A DNA stretch of 64,000 nt from a virus (IMGVR_UViG_3300006046_000002:1-64000); one strand, 5' to 3'; shown: positions 18,467-27,390, counted from the first letter of the stretch. Notes: generated by a model from the letters alone, not told the origin. Made by a program: numbers and translations.

Positions 18467-18757
18467 ATGCGAATTCGTTGGAAGGCGGTAGTCCCACTGC
18501 TCGGTGTCATCGGTTCATGGATGGCAAGTCCTGATGTGTTGGCGCTTGTCGGTGAAAAGGCGTCGCGCTGGATGCTGATCATTTCCAGCTTGATCGCGGT
18601 CATCACGCCAGCGTTGCTGACCAATCGTCCGCGGACGGACACGGTCAAACTTCGCACTGACAAGCGACTCGAGAAAGCAGGACTCGTGCAATCGCCGAAA
18701 GACACGAAGCCGACGGTAGCACATACGCGCAAATTGCCCGATTCGGATCGTCAGTAA
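18467..18757 (+). CDS. Holin-like small membrane protein
   Basis: ATG with GGAG 6 nt upstream. Two hydrophobic helices (VVPLLGVIGSWM, WMLIISSLIAVITPALL) and a charged C-terminal tail. Lies directly upstream of the endolysin. Confidence 0.45.
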   Translation: MRIRWKAVVPLLGVIGSWMASPDVLALVGEKASRWMLIISSLIAVITPALLTNRPRTDTVKLRTDKRLEKAGLVQSPKDTKPTVAHTRKLPDSDRQ

Positions 18758-18768
18758 TTGGTCTTTGG

Positions 18769-18780
18769 CCTACCTTGCCC
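18769..18780 (+). promoter_or_regulatory. CCTACCTTGCCC 12-mer (second copy on the - strand at 53850-53861)
   Basis: Identical 12-mer, in coding orientation, upstream of the endolysin gene and upstream of the 53.8 kb leftward block. It shares CCTACC with the 19-nt motif. Confidence 0.35.
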
Positions 18781-18850
18781 GCCTCGCCGGGTGATAGGGC
18801 TCCAGCGAGGCGTATAAGAGCACGGCGAGCCCTCACAGGACAGGAGACTT

Positions 18851-19411
18851 ATGGCATTACGCCAGTTTGCGCCGCTCAATCCCCGAATACACGAACTTGG
18901 ATGGCTCGTGCCGGGAGAGAACTGCACGGCTCTCGGCTACGCCGTGTGTGAACGTGCGTTGAAAGATGTTGGAATTTTGGAGGTGCCGCTCGGATCCAAT
19001 CGTGGAGAGCGGATCGATCGCTATGCGAAAGCTGCTGGATCACCACTCGCGTCGTGGTGGTGTGCTATCGCGGCAGGTCGCTGGCTGATCGATGTCGGTT
19101 CGCTCGTACCTGATGGCTATGCGGCGACGAATGCGTGGCTGCCATTCATTCGTCGGCGTGATCAGGGAGCGAAGCCTGAGGTGGGAGATGTCGTGATCTA
19201 CGGAACGTACGATAAAGGTCCAGTCGTTTCGTGGGGATACGCACATCACGCAGGAATCATCGTACGCGTCCCCACGAAAGGACAAGATCTGACGTTGACC
19301 ATCGAAGGCAATCGTGCATTCGCTGGATCAACGAATAACGGTGTAGCGGTTGATCTGGGACCGATGCTTCGCACGGATATTCTCGGATACTACTCACCGA
19401 GAGTGGCTTAG
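18851..19411 (+). CDS. Endolysin, CHAP / NlpC-P60-like peptidase
   Basis: GSNRGERIDRY...SWWCAIAAGRW (catalytic Cys context) and GDVVIY...HHAGIIV...IEGN (His context), as in CHAP-type phage amidases/peptidases. Confidence 0.7.
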   Translation: MALRQFAPLNPRIHELGWLVPGENCTALGYAVCERALKDVGILEVPLGSNRGERIDRYAKAAGSPLASWWCAIAAGRWLIDVGSLVPDGYAATNAWLPFIRRRDQGAKPEVGDVVIYGTYDKGPVVSWGYAHHAGIIVRVPTKGQDLTLTIEGNRAFAGSTNNGVAVDLGPMLRTDILGYYSPRVA

Positions 19412-19992
19412 TAATACGCCCAGATCGCAGCAGGAGCGACACGGTCCAGTTCCTTTGACTTCATGAGAGCCGGGAGCCATCGATCACATCGGTGGCTCTT
19501 TTTCTTTTCATGGAGTTTCAGTAACAGATCACGATTATGATGAAACAGATGCTGACCGAGCACGCGCCATGCGGAGAGGCAATGGCCCCACGCATGATGC
19601 GATTGTTTCGGCCAATCCTTCCGGTAACTCATTAACACTTTGCCGAACAACTCACGTGTCTCGAGCTCACCGTGATCGTTCGGCGGAATTAGATAAAAGT
19701 GCGATTGATGCTGACACGCACTTCCGTACTCAAGTGCCCCCAAGAAGCGGAGTGTATCTCCGCGACTGAAACGCTGATGACCAGATCGCCGAATACGGAA
19801 ATCCTCAACAACCAAGTTCGTGTCTCGATTCCTGGGAACAAGCTCGAGGATGTCTCGCGACATCTTGAGATATCCACCATGCGTCGGAACATGGTACGTT
19901 CGCGCCTCCACGCGCACTTCATTTTTCTGGGTGATCTCGAGCGCCGCAAATCCGCACCACGATTCACCCGGATCAAGTCCGATGTAAAGCAT
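19408..19992 (-). CDS. RuvC-like Holliday junction resolvase
   Basis: N-terminal MLYIGLDPGESWCGFA (RuvC-type DPG motif) with a downstream acidic VVEDF. Its stop overlaps the endolysin stop on the opposite strand. Confidence 0.65.
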   Translation of the reverse strand: MLYIGLDPGESWCGFAALEITQKNEVRVEARTYHVPTHGGYLKMSRDILELVPRNRDTNLVVEDFRIRRSGHQRFSRGDTLRFLGALEYGSACQHQSHFYLIPPNDHGELETRELFGKVLMSYRKDWPKQSHHAWGHCLSAWRVLGQHLFHHNRDLLLKLHEKKKSHRCDRWLPALMKSKELDRVAPAAIWAYY

Positions 19993-20021
19993 GTTAATCC
20001 TTGAACAGTATTGACCTGAAC

Positions 20022-20837
20022 CTACTCATAGTCCCTCAGTACTTTCGCACGAGGAAATCGCGGAATGCCATAGCGTGTGAGATTCTGATACTCGACGGTC
20101 AACATCTTGCCGATCAACTTCTCACGATCACGCCACATCTTTCGACGCTGTGCTGTTGTACCCTTTGGCCGTACGCGAAATCGTGATTCATGCCGAGTTT
20201 CGCAAATGAAGATCGGCGTTCCGGCATCTTTTCCTTTCGCTTCGACGATATCAACGATTTCAAACTCTGCATCCTTCAGTGGCTTCCACTTCAATAGATC
20301 CGCTGTGCGTTTGCCTGATGCATAAGCACCGAACGCACTGCGCACCATCACGCCTTCGTATCCCATCGCGAGACAGGACTTGTAAAAATTTTCGATGCCG
20401 TCCATATCGTTGACTTTCTTGGTGAGCAATCGCTTCCATCGTGTCGACCGATAGCGGAGTAAGTGCCGCTGAAAGATCTCACGCAGGATCACGCACCGTC
20501 GCGCATACGGTTCATCTGCGATAACATCGAATGCGTGGAAGCACAGCCGGAAACTATCGGGATGATTCGCGCGCTTCAGCACTGACACGATCTCTTCAAA
20601 GTCTGAGCGACCTTCCGGCATTGAGATCTCGCCGTCGAGCAGATATGGCAATGGCTCCATCTGCAGATGCTTCATGTTCATTCGTGGAAAGACCTTGCCA
20701 TTCCGTGACCAGAACGTCTGGCCATTGGTAACACACCGAACGCCATCGACTTTCGGCTGAACATACGCGGGAAATTTGATCAGTTGTTCATTTCCCTCGA
20801 AGTCCCTGGCTAACATGGGCGACTGAAATTTTTTCAT
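20022..20837 (-). CDS. ATP-dependent DNA ligase
   Basis: Adenylation motif KxDG in YVQPKVDGVRCV. 271 aa, the size of minimal T7-type ligases. Confidence 0.8.
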   Translation of the reverse strand: MKKFQSPMLARDFEGNEQLIKFPAYVQPKVDGVRCVTNGQTFWSRNGKVFPRMNMKHLQMEPLPYLLDGEISMPEGRSDFEEIVSVLKRANHPDSFRLCFHAFDVIADEPYARRCVILREIFQRHLLRYRSTRWKRLLTKKVNDMDGIENFYKSCLAMGYEGVMVRSAFGAYASGKRTADLLKWKPLKDAEFEIVDIVEAKGKDAGTPIFICETRHESRFRVRPKGTTAQRRKMWRDREKLIGKMLTVEYQNLTRYGIPRFPRAKVLRDYE

Positions 20838-21070
20838 CGAGTCCTCTTCCAGACGACGGTGGCCTCGGTACTGAAGTTATCAGCACTGAGTGAAACGTTC
20901 GTGAGATGATCTCTAACATCCGCGTCCTGAAAGATTTCGTCCGGTGGAAGCATTTCAGTCCGTGTTTGCAGCCACATGAGCTGATCATCAAGCTTTCGTG
21001 CCTGACTTCTCAGGTTGCGAAGCATGGCTGCGATATCGCGATTACGATATTGCAAATCGAGACGAGGCAT
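20834..21070 (-). CDS. Hypothetical protein (78 aa)
   Basis: ORF with TAATG/ATGA coupling at both ends. Confidence 0.45.
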   Translation of the reverse strand: MPRLDLQYRNRDIAAMLRNLRSQARKLDDQLMWLQTRTEMLPPDEIFQDADVRDHLTNVSLSADNFSTEATVVWKRTR

Positions 21071-21249
21071 TAGTGGACAAGTTGAATAGTGATTGCGCCG
21101 AGCAAGAACACAGCTATCGCCAGTAATCGCTCGATACGATTATTGACGGACATGATGCAGAAGGTTGCATAGAACATGTAGAAAACCGCTGCGAGCACAA
21201 CGGATCCGACACGCCAGACTTCGAGAGCATCATGAGTCATGTGAGTCAT
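21070..21249 (-). CDS. Small two-helix membrane protein (59 aa, below ORF-track cutoff)
   Basis: Hand translation gives MTHMTHDALEVWRVGSVVLAAVFYMFYATFCIMSVNNRIERLLAIAVFLLGAITIQLVH. ATGA overlap with the polymerase stop and TAATG overlap with the next start. Confidence 0.45.
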   Translation of the reverse strand: MTHMTHDALEVWRVGSVVLAAVFYMFYATFCIMSVNNRIERLLAIAVFLLGAITIQLVH

Positions 21250-23150
21250 GCGACCTTCCTCCGTGGAAGTTCAATCGATTTCTTGTCCGCCCAATTCTTA
21301 TCACTGCCTTTGAGATCAGCAAGAATCGGCACCGTGAAGTTCTTGTGGTCTTCGAGTAACTCGATCACACGACGATCTGTGCGCGGGCTACCCTCCGACT
21401 CATAGATGATATCATCGTGGACCTGCATCAGAATCGCGAGCTCACCTGTTCCACGCTGGAGCTCACGGTACACCATGACCATTCCTTCTTTCGCTTTGTG
21501 CGCGGCACTGCCCTGCACCTTGCTGTTCATGGCCTTGTATGCTTCGTTCTCATCGAGCCACCGATGATAGCCATACGCATCAGTCACATAACCGAGTGAC
21601 TTCGCGATCAGCTCTTCGTCCTTGGTGAACTGCCACATCTTCGCATACGACGCGCGCACGCGATCACGCAATAACTGCGCGAGTGTACGATACGGCGACT
21701 CCGCACGTGATGGCATGTGCCCGAGTTCAATGCATGACTGCCGTGCTTCTTCTGCGCTGATCTTGTCGATCAACTGCTCAGTCACTGCATCTTCGCCGGC
21801 TCCATACAACATCGCGAAGTTCATGGTCTTGCCACGATCACGCTGTTGATCGGTTGGTTTCTGTTTCTTCCGCAAACCGAAGATCAATCGTGCCAGCGCC
21901 GCGTGCGTGTCAAACTTTGGATCGTGCTTGAATCCGTGAATCAGCGTGGGCTCACCGCTGAAGTGCCCGGCATAGCGCATCTCAACCTGCGAGTAATCCG
22001 CTGATCGCAGAACCAATCCCTTTCGTGGAATCACGGCTGCACGAATACCGGAATCGCGAGCGAACTGATGGAACCCTTTCGTGGCCGACATCCGACCCGT
22101 GTCAACATTCTGATTGTAGTGCGAGTGCAGAAATCCGTGCGGGTCCAAGTTCCGCAATAGCGCACGACCTGATGACACCATCTTCGAGTGCTTGCGCCGC
22201 TTCAACAAGAGTGCCGCGAGTGAATGTGGCAATCGAAGCAAGACTCGCTTGTTCAACTTCTCGCCATCGATCTGCTCGAGCTCGAGTTCTTCCCAGAACA
22301 ACTCGCGGATTTGTGGATTCGAATTCCAGTTCAACTCGTACCCTGCCTTACGGTTCATCTTCGTTGTCAACTTCTCCGTGCGCCGCTGCGCTTTCTCGAG
22401 CCAGCCACGGATGAAGTCCTGATCCAGCAGCACACCACGCTCTTCCATATCGCGGAGTGCAATGGTCAGCCATCGCTCAGTCTGATACAATGACATGAGC
22501 GATGGATAGTCAGGGATCTGCGGCCAATGCTGAATCATCGAGATGAACATGTCGTACATACGCAGCGTATACCACGGATCACGCAATCCGTACTTGCCCG
22601 ACAAATGGATCGGCGCCACGAGCCAGTCGGCCATCGCGTTCTTGTGCCGACCGATGCGTTCCCGTATGGCGTCAAGCAGATCAGTCTCTGCTTCAGCCGC
22701 ACGTGGATCGACATAGAACGACGCCAGTGTCTTCAAGTCATGACTGTATGAGAACCACGGATACCGATTGATCGGCACGCCACGATTATCAATCAGTCGG
22801 CTCATGACGAGCGTGTCGTGCACGGGATAGTCGATATGAATACCGAACGTTTCCCGAATGACATGCATGTCGTACTTGGCATTGTGAAAGACCAACTTGC
22901 GTTTCTTCTTGACCTGATCTGCGTACCATCGTGCAGCGCGACCAAGTGCGTCACCGACGAAAAATGCAGCAGTATCGCCAGCAGCAAATCCAAGTCCGCC
23001 GACTCGATCGACCGTCCAATCAAGGCCAGTCGTCTCGGTGTCGGTAGCGAGAATGCCGTGACGAAGTTTGTCGAATACATCTTGAATTCCGTCGAGACCG
23101 CGCACGATGTACTGATACCGAGGTAGCGGTGATGCATAGACGTATTTCAT
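21246..23150 (-). CDS. Family A DNA polymerase with 3'-5' exonuclease domain
   Basis: Exo motifs ATDTETTGLDW and HNAKYDMHVI. Polymerase motif A SADYSQVEMRY, motif B RDRGKTMNFAMLYG, motif C MQVHDDIIYE. Confidence 0.9.
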   Translation of the reverse strand: MKYVYASPLPRYQYIVRGLDGIQDVFDKLRHGILATDTETTGLDWTVDRVGGLGFAAGDTAAFFVGDALGRAARWYADQVKKKRKLVFHNAKYDMHVIRETFGIHIDYPVHDTLVMSRLIDNRGVPINRYPWFSYSHDLKTLASFYVDPRAAEAETDLLDAIRERIGRHKNAMADWLVAPIHLSGKYGLRDPWYTLRMYDMFISMIQHWPQIPDYPSLMSLYQTERWLTIALRDMEERGVLLDQDFIRGWLEKAQRRTEKLTTKMNRKAGYELNWNSNPQIRELFWEELELEQIDGEKLNKRVLLRLPHSLAALLLKRRKHSKMVSSGRALLRNLDPHGFLHSHYNQNVDTGRMSATKGFHQFARDSGIRAAVIPRKGLVLRSADYSQVEMRYAGHFSGEPTLIHGFKHDPKFDTHAALARLIFGLRKKQKPTDQQRDRGKTMNFAMLYGAGEDAVTEQLIDKISAEEARQSCIELGHMPSRAESPYRTLAQLLRDRVRASYAKMWQFTKDEELIAKSLGYVTDAYGYHRWLDENEAYKAMNSKVQGSAAHKAKEGMVMVYRELQRGTGELAILMQVHDDIIYESEGSPRTDRRVIELLEDHKNFTVPILADLKGSDKNWADKKSIELPRRKVA

Positions 23151-25276
23151 GCTGAGTACCGCCGATGATTGCGAACATCCTTGATACCGACGCCCGACCA
23201 GCCACGCACACCTTCACGCTTGCGCGGTCGAATGTCGGTCCGCTCGCTGAGCAATCGGTTGAACGCGGTGTGAGACAACGGATTGCGACCGCGAGTTTCC
23301 TGCCACCAGTCCGCGAATGATTGGTACAACGCTGAACGCGTCGTCCATTCTGCCGGCTCCATACGACACCGTTCCTTGAAGAACTCGCTCAGAACATCGT
23401 ACTCTTCCTTGTAATCACTGATGGCCTTGCGCACTGTGTCCGGCGCCATCAGTCCGTTGCGTCGCCATTCTTCACACCCTTCCAACGCCCAATTCAGAAT
23501 GCCCGGCAATTCCTTGATCAGTTGCTTTCCGAGATTCTTCTTTCGCTTGTGCGCCGGAATGACGACCGTGAATGGAATCATCAAGATGCGCGACCAGAAC
23601 GCTTCGGTCTGTTCACGCACCAGTGGCAAGTGATTGGCCGCGAGCCAGAGCTTGAACTGTGGCCGAAATTCGAACGACGACTCGTACAGATTGCGTGCGG
23701 TGACGGTGTCACCTCCGGTCATCTGCTTCAGCACTGTCCCATCGAATGACCGATCACCGTGTGCTTCGATGGCCGCGACCATACGCGCACCTCGCATTCG
23801 CGCAAGATCATGTCGTGGTCCTTCGTTGCGCGTGCTTTGGAACGTGGAGAAATCAGCTTGCACGGAGTAGTCCGCCATCAATTCGCGCAGTGCTTCCATC
23901 AGGGTTGACTTTCCATTGCGACCTTGCCCGTAACAGAAGAACAAGACATGCTCGCGTGTGTCACCCGTGAGGGTGTACCCGATCGCACGCTTCATGAATC
24001 CAATCAGTGCTTTGTCGCCGGCGAAGATCTCATCCAGAAATCCTTCCCATCGCGGCGCTGTTGCGCCACGCACGAACGTGACTGGTGACAGCTTCGTGAT
24101 GTAATCAGTCTTCTTGTGCTTCAGCAACTTTCCGGTCGACAGATCGATCGTGCCGTTTTGCACATTGAACAACCATGTGTCCCGATCCAACTGATCCTCA
24201 CGAATCGAGATCTCTGGCTCAGTCTTCGCCAGATCCAGTACCGCACGAATACGCTCTGCTCCTTCCGACTTGTACGCATGTTGCTGCACAGCCGCACGCT
24301 TTTCTTCATCGGCTGTTCGTTCAGCTTCAAGATGAATTGATCGGACGGTCTGTTTGGCCAGACGCATTGACTCTCCAGTCCGATCTGGTTCCCATCGTGC
24401 CTCTTGCCAGACGAACCATGGATTCGTGCGCTTTGATAAGACACTGCGCAGTCGCTCATGATGTTGGGTCACGAACCGTCGTGCGTTCCCGAGGTCAGTC
24501 AGATTCTCTTCTTCACCTGCCGGATTTTTCGCGCCAATGCTTTTCGCAATCTTGCGAAGTTGCTCGTCGCTGAGCGGCGGGCGGACGCGCGACGCATTCT
24601 CAATGCGGAGTGCCTCAAGGATTGCTCGAGGTGACGCACCTCGTCTGCGCATCGTTCCAGCAAGGGAGGTAAGAAGTTGATCACGTTCACCTTCATGTAT
24701 GATGTCAGGGAGTGGCGGGGCAATTTTCTTAATGCTCTTCTTTTCCAGAAATCGGAATAGCCGCTTCGGAAACGGAACCATATCAATCTTCTGTTCCCAC
24801 CGATAGGGCTCACCCGTATCGGGGTGAACACTTGGCGGTGCGACGACATAGCCACCGTCACCCAAGATATCGATCGCGACTTTCTTGTCGTTGAATGTGA
24901 AGGGACGGATCATGCGCTTGACTTGTGTTCCATCCCGCATCGGCAGAAAGTACAGATGCAGCCGACCCTCACGACTGATGGCCGACCGTGTGACTAATCC
25001 CTCCCGTGGAAGTTCAAGGCGCTTGAGAAACTTCTCGCCACTCGTTTCTTTCTCGTTCGGTTCATCCAGATCGATCACGATCGGACCGTGTTCACTATCA
25101 CACGCAATACCAACATTGGCATCAGGCCATTCTTTCCACCACGCCTTGATGGTCTTGACATCTGTGGTGGCGCTCCTGAATCCTCCTTTGATTCTCGGTT
25201 CTTTTCCTTTGAGTGGAAAGACCCTCCACCCGTACCGATTGGCATAGCGCAGTGCCGCTTTGAGTAACGGATTCAT
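23147..25276 (-). CDS. Bifunctional prim-pol / D5-P4-type primase-helicase
   Basis: N-terminal YGWRVFPLKGKEPRIKGGFRSATTD...WWKEWPDANVGIA (prim-pol domain). C-terminal Walker A FFCYGQGRNGKSTL, as in P4/D5 SF3 helicases. Confidence 0.85.
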   Translation of the reverse strand: MNPLLKAALRYANRYGWRVFPLKGKEPRIKGGFRSATTDVKTIKAWWKEWPDANVGIACDSEHGPIVIDLDEPNEKETSGEKFLKRLELPREGLVTRSAISREGRLHLYFLPMRDGTQVKRMIRPFTFNDKKVAIDILGDGGYVVAPPSVHPDTGEPYRWEQKIDMVPFPKRLFRFLEKKSIKKIAPPLPDIIHEGERDQLLTSLAGTMRRRGASPRAILEALRIENASRVRPPLSDEQLRKIAKSIGAKNPAGEEENLTDLGNARRFVTQHHERLRSVLSKRTNPWFVWQEARWEPDRTGESMRLAKQTVRSIHLEAERTADEEKRAAVQQHAYKSEGAERIRAVLDLAKTEPEISIREDQLDRDTWLFNVQNGTIDLSTGKLLKHKKTDYITKLSPVTFVRGATAPRWEGFLDEIFAGDKALIGFMKRAIGYTLTGDTREHVLFFCYGQGRNGKSTLMEALRELMADYSVQADFSTFQSTRNEGPRHDLARMRGARMVAAIEAHGDRSFDGTVLKQMTGGDTVTARNLYESSFEFRPQFKLWLAANHLPLVREQTEAFWSRILMIPFTVVIPAHKRKKNLGKQLIKELPGILNWALEGCEEWRRNGLMAPDTVRKAISDYKEEYDVLSEFFKERCRMEPAEWTTRSALYQSFADWWQETRGRNPLSHTAFNRLLSERTDIRPRKREGVRGWSGVGIKDVRNHRRYSA

Positions 25277-25288
25277 GAGGAGAGGGTT

Positions 25289-25321
25289 GTGTGAGCGCGT
25301 CAGTCGCGCACGCGCTCACAC
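25289..25321. other. Perfect 11-bp inverted repeat (GTGTGAGCGCG N11 CGCGCTCACAC)
   Basis: Arms at 25289-25299 and 25311-25321, in the gap between the stop at 25350 and the primase start at 25276. The core GAGCGCG/CGCGCTC and the flanking CATTAG are shared with the hairpin at 38493-38515, but in opposite orientation. Confidence 0.7.
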
Positions 25322-25349
25322 TAATGAAAGAGGAGACTACGAGATGGCG

Positions 25350-26024
25350 CTAGCGACGCTTGCCCTTGCCCTTCTTCTTGGGCTTGGGCTCGTCATCATC
25401 GTCGTCATCATCGTCGTCATCTTCATCATCGTCCTCATCGTCATCGTCATCGTCATCCGAATCATCGTCGTCATCGGAGTCATCATCATCCGAGTCGTCG
25501 TCATCATCGGAATCGTCATCGTCATCCTGATCCTCGTCATCGTCGACATCATCCTCATCATCCTCGATGTCGTCGTCCTCCTCGTCCTTGTCTGCCTTGA
25601 GCGGGAGGTACTGCAGGACCGGATTCTGTGGCTTGCCGTTGTACATCTTCTTGCCGATGACGGCACGAATCTCCTTGTCGTACTTCTTGATCAGCTTGAG
25701 GAGTTCCTGCAGCGTCATGTTCTTGGGCGGCTTCGTGATCCCGATCGCCTTCAGCACCTGAGCGATCTTCCAGCCGACATGCGGCGCGATGTTGTCAAAG
25801 ACGTTGACACCGTTGTGCTCCGTCTTCTTGCCGTTGTGCGCGCCACTCAGCGTCAGGATCAGGTTCAGGATGTTGCCGTTGCGTCCCGGCTTGATGGACG
25901 ACTTCGGGTTGAACTTGAAACGGTACTTCCCACCGGGCGCCGTCTTGAATTTCTTGCTACCCTTCCAGTCGTCCTTGTTCAAGACGATGACGTCGCCCTT
26001 TCCGCCCTTGTTCTTCTTGGCCAT
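25350..26024 (-). CDS. DUF669-like (putative ssDNA-binding) protein with ~67-residue poly-Asp/Glu tract and basic C-terminal tip
   Basis: Start taken at MAKKNKGG with GGAG upstream. The N-terminal ~140 aa resembles DUF669 proteins that accompany AAA_24 ATPases. The C-terminus is DKDEEDDDIEDDEDDVDDDEDQDDDDDSDDDDD...DDDDE followed by PKPKKKGKGKRR. Confidence 0.6.
   Translation of the reverse strand: MAKKNKGGKGDVIVLNKDDWKGSKKFKTAPGGKYRFKFNPKSSIKPGRNGNILNLILTLSGAHNGKKTEHNGVNVFDNIAPHVGWKIAQVLKAIGITKPPKNMTLQELLKLIKKYDKEIRAVIGKKMYNGKPQNPVLQYLPLKADKDEEDDDIEDDEDDVDDDEDQDDDDDSDDDDDSDDDDSDDDDDSDDDDDDDEDDDEDDDDDDDDDDEPKPKKKGKGKRR
25389..25595 (-). repeat. Low-complexity GAY/GAR codon tract encoding poly-Asp/Glu
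   Basis: The + strand shows runs of gtcatc/gtcgtc/atcatc. This creates spurious long ORFs in other frames and on the opposite strand. Confidence 0.85.
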
Positions 26025-26049
26025 TGTAATCGATCTCCGAAGATGAAGA

Positions 26050-26796
26050 CTACTTGGACTTGCGCTTCGTGGACTTCTCACCCGGACCGCTGCGAATCTT
26101 CTCGATCAGATCCGTCAAGACAGTGTAGTTGTCCAGGTCATAGCGGATCTTCCGCTCTTCGGGCGTGAACCACTTGGCCCGAGTCTTTGCATAGAACTCT
26201 CCTGCTTTCTGTTGAAGGTGCAAGTAACGAACACCCTTGTCATTCACACGCAGATAGATGCAGTGATCAAGGAAGTACGGCAGCTGATCGCGCATCTGCC
26301 CGATGAGTGACGGATACATCCACCCTTCATGTTCATTCAGTCGTTCGCCCATGATCAGCACCTTGACCGTGGGAATGGCCTTCATCTTCCGCAGATAGCG
26401 CCGAAGTTTGTTGGCCATGATACCGTACTCGCGCTGCTCAATCTGATCAGGCTCTTCGCGTGTTTCGCTCGCACGCTCAGCCAGCTTGTCCAGAATGATC
26501 GACTGAATATCATCAAAGTGATCGAGCACGACTGAATCAAATTTCTTGGACCAATCCTTTGCACCAGTGCCCGTCATGTTGTCATAGATGGCATCGAGAT
26601 CAGCCATGCTCTTGACGCGCACGCGCTTGACATGTGCCAACTCTGGCGTGTGATCGAGCGACATGGTGCCTTCGTTCGAATCAGCAAACAGTGGCCGTGG
26701 CCCTGTCGCCGCGAGCGAAGTTTTTCCTGCACCCGACATACCGAAGATACCGATCGTCGGATAGAGTCGGCGACCGCCGACGTCAAGCAGTTTCAT
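26050..26796 (-). CDS. AAA_24 / Sak4-like RecA-superfamily ATPase
   Basis: Start at MKLLDVGG with GGAG 6 nt upstream. Walker A IGIFGMSGAGKTSLA. Size and neighbours (DUF669-like, Cas4-like nuclease, SNF2) are typical of this phage recombination/replication module. Confidence 0.7.
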   Translation of the reverse strand: MKLLDVGGRRLYPTIGIFGMSGAGKTSLAATGPRPLFADSNEGTMSLDHTPELAHVKRVRVKSMADLDAIYDNMTGTGAKDWSKKFDSVVLDHFDDIQSIILDKLAERASETREEPDQIEQREYGIMANKLRRYLRKMKAIPTVKVLIMGERLNEHEGWMYPSLIGQMRDQLPYFLDHCIYLRVNDKGVRYLHLQQKAGEFYAKTRAKWFTPEERKIRYDLDNYTVLTDLIEKIRSGPGEKSTKRKSK

Positions 26797-26856
26797 GTCA
26801 GTCTCCAAAGTGAGTTGCGCGTTGAACAGATGCGCGCCCCCTGTCATACTCAGCGA

Positions 26857-27390
26857 CTACTTCCGCTTTGCAGCCTTCTTCGCGACCTTCTTGCCGCCGC
26901 GCTTGGCCGGAGTCTTCTTGGCCGCGCGCTTCGCACCCTTCTTGGCCGCGCCCTTGCGCCCACGCTTCGGCGCATCGTCCTCGTCCTCATCTTCATCCTC
27001 ATCCTCATCGTCGTCCGAATCCTCGTCCTCGTCTTCATCGTCCGAGTCTTCGTCGTCGTCTTCATCCTCGTCTTCGTCTTCGTCTTCGTCGTCCTCGGAG
27101 TCCTCGTCGTCCGAGTCTTCCTCCTCGTCGTCGTCCTCGTCGGAGTCATCCTCGTCCGCGTCCTCCTCCTCTTCCTCATCATCCTCATCCTCGTCCTTGC
27201 CCTTGGCCTTGCTCTTCTTTCCGCCCTTCACATCCGGGACATCGAGCTCGAACTCGAGCGACTCTGGCGCTTTCTTGAACATCCCCTTCGGAACCCAGAC
27301 CTTGATGAGGATGCCATCCTCGGTCCGAATGCCGAACGCGTGAGACTTGGGCGCCGTCTTCTCGAAGTCGAGCGTTTCCTGGATCTTCAT
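26857..27390 (-). CDS. Tripartite protein: 65-aa N-domain, 74-residue poly-Glu/Asp tract, 38-residue histone-H1-like Lys/Ala tail
   Basis: GGAGAAG lies upstream of the ATG. The sequence ...KGGKKSKAKGK + DEDEDDEEEEEDADEDD...EDEDEDD + APKRGRKGAAKKGAKRAAKKTPAKRGGKKVAKKAAKRK was read directly from the translation. Confidence 0.6.
   Translation of the reverse strand: MKIQETLDFEKTAPKSHAFGIRTEDGILIKVWVPKGMFKKAPESLEFELDVPDVKGGKKSKAKGKDEDEDDEEEEEDADEDDSDEDDDEEEDSDDEDSEDDEDEDEDEDEDDDEDSDDEDEDEDSDDDEDEDEDEDEDDAPKRGRKGAAKKGAKRAAKKTPAKRGGKKVAKKAAKRK
26974..27195 (-). repeat. Low-complexity GAR/GAY codon tract encoding poly-Glu/Asp
   Basis: The + strand shows ctcgtc/ttcatc/gtcctc runs. It generates antisense poly-Ser and Leu/Val-rich pseudo-ORFs. 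Confidence 0.85.
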
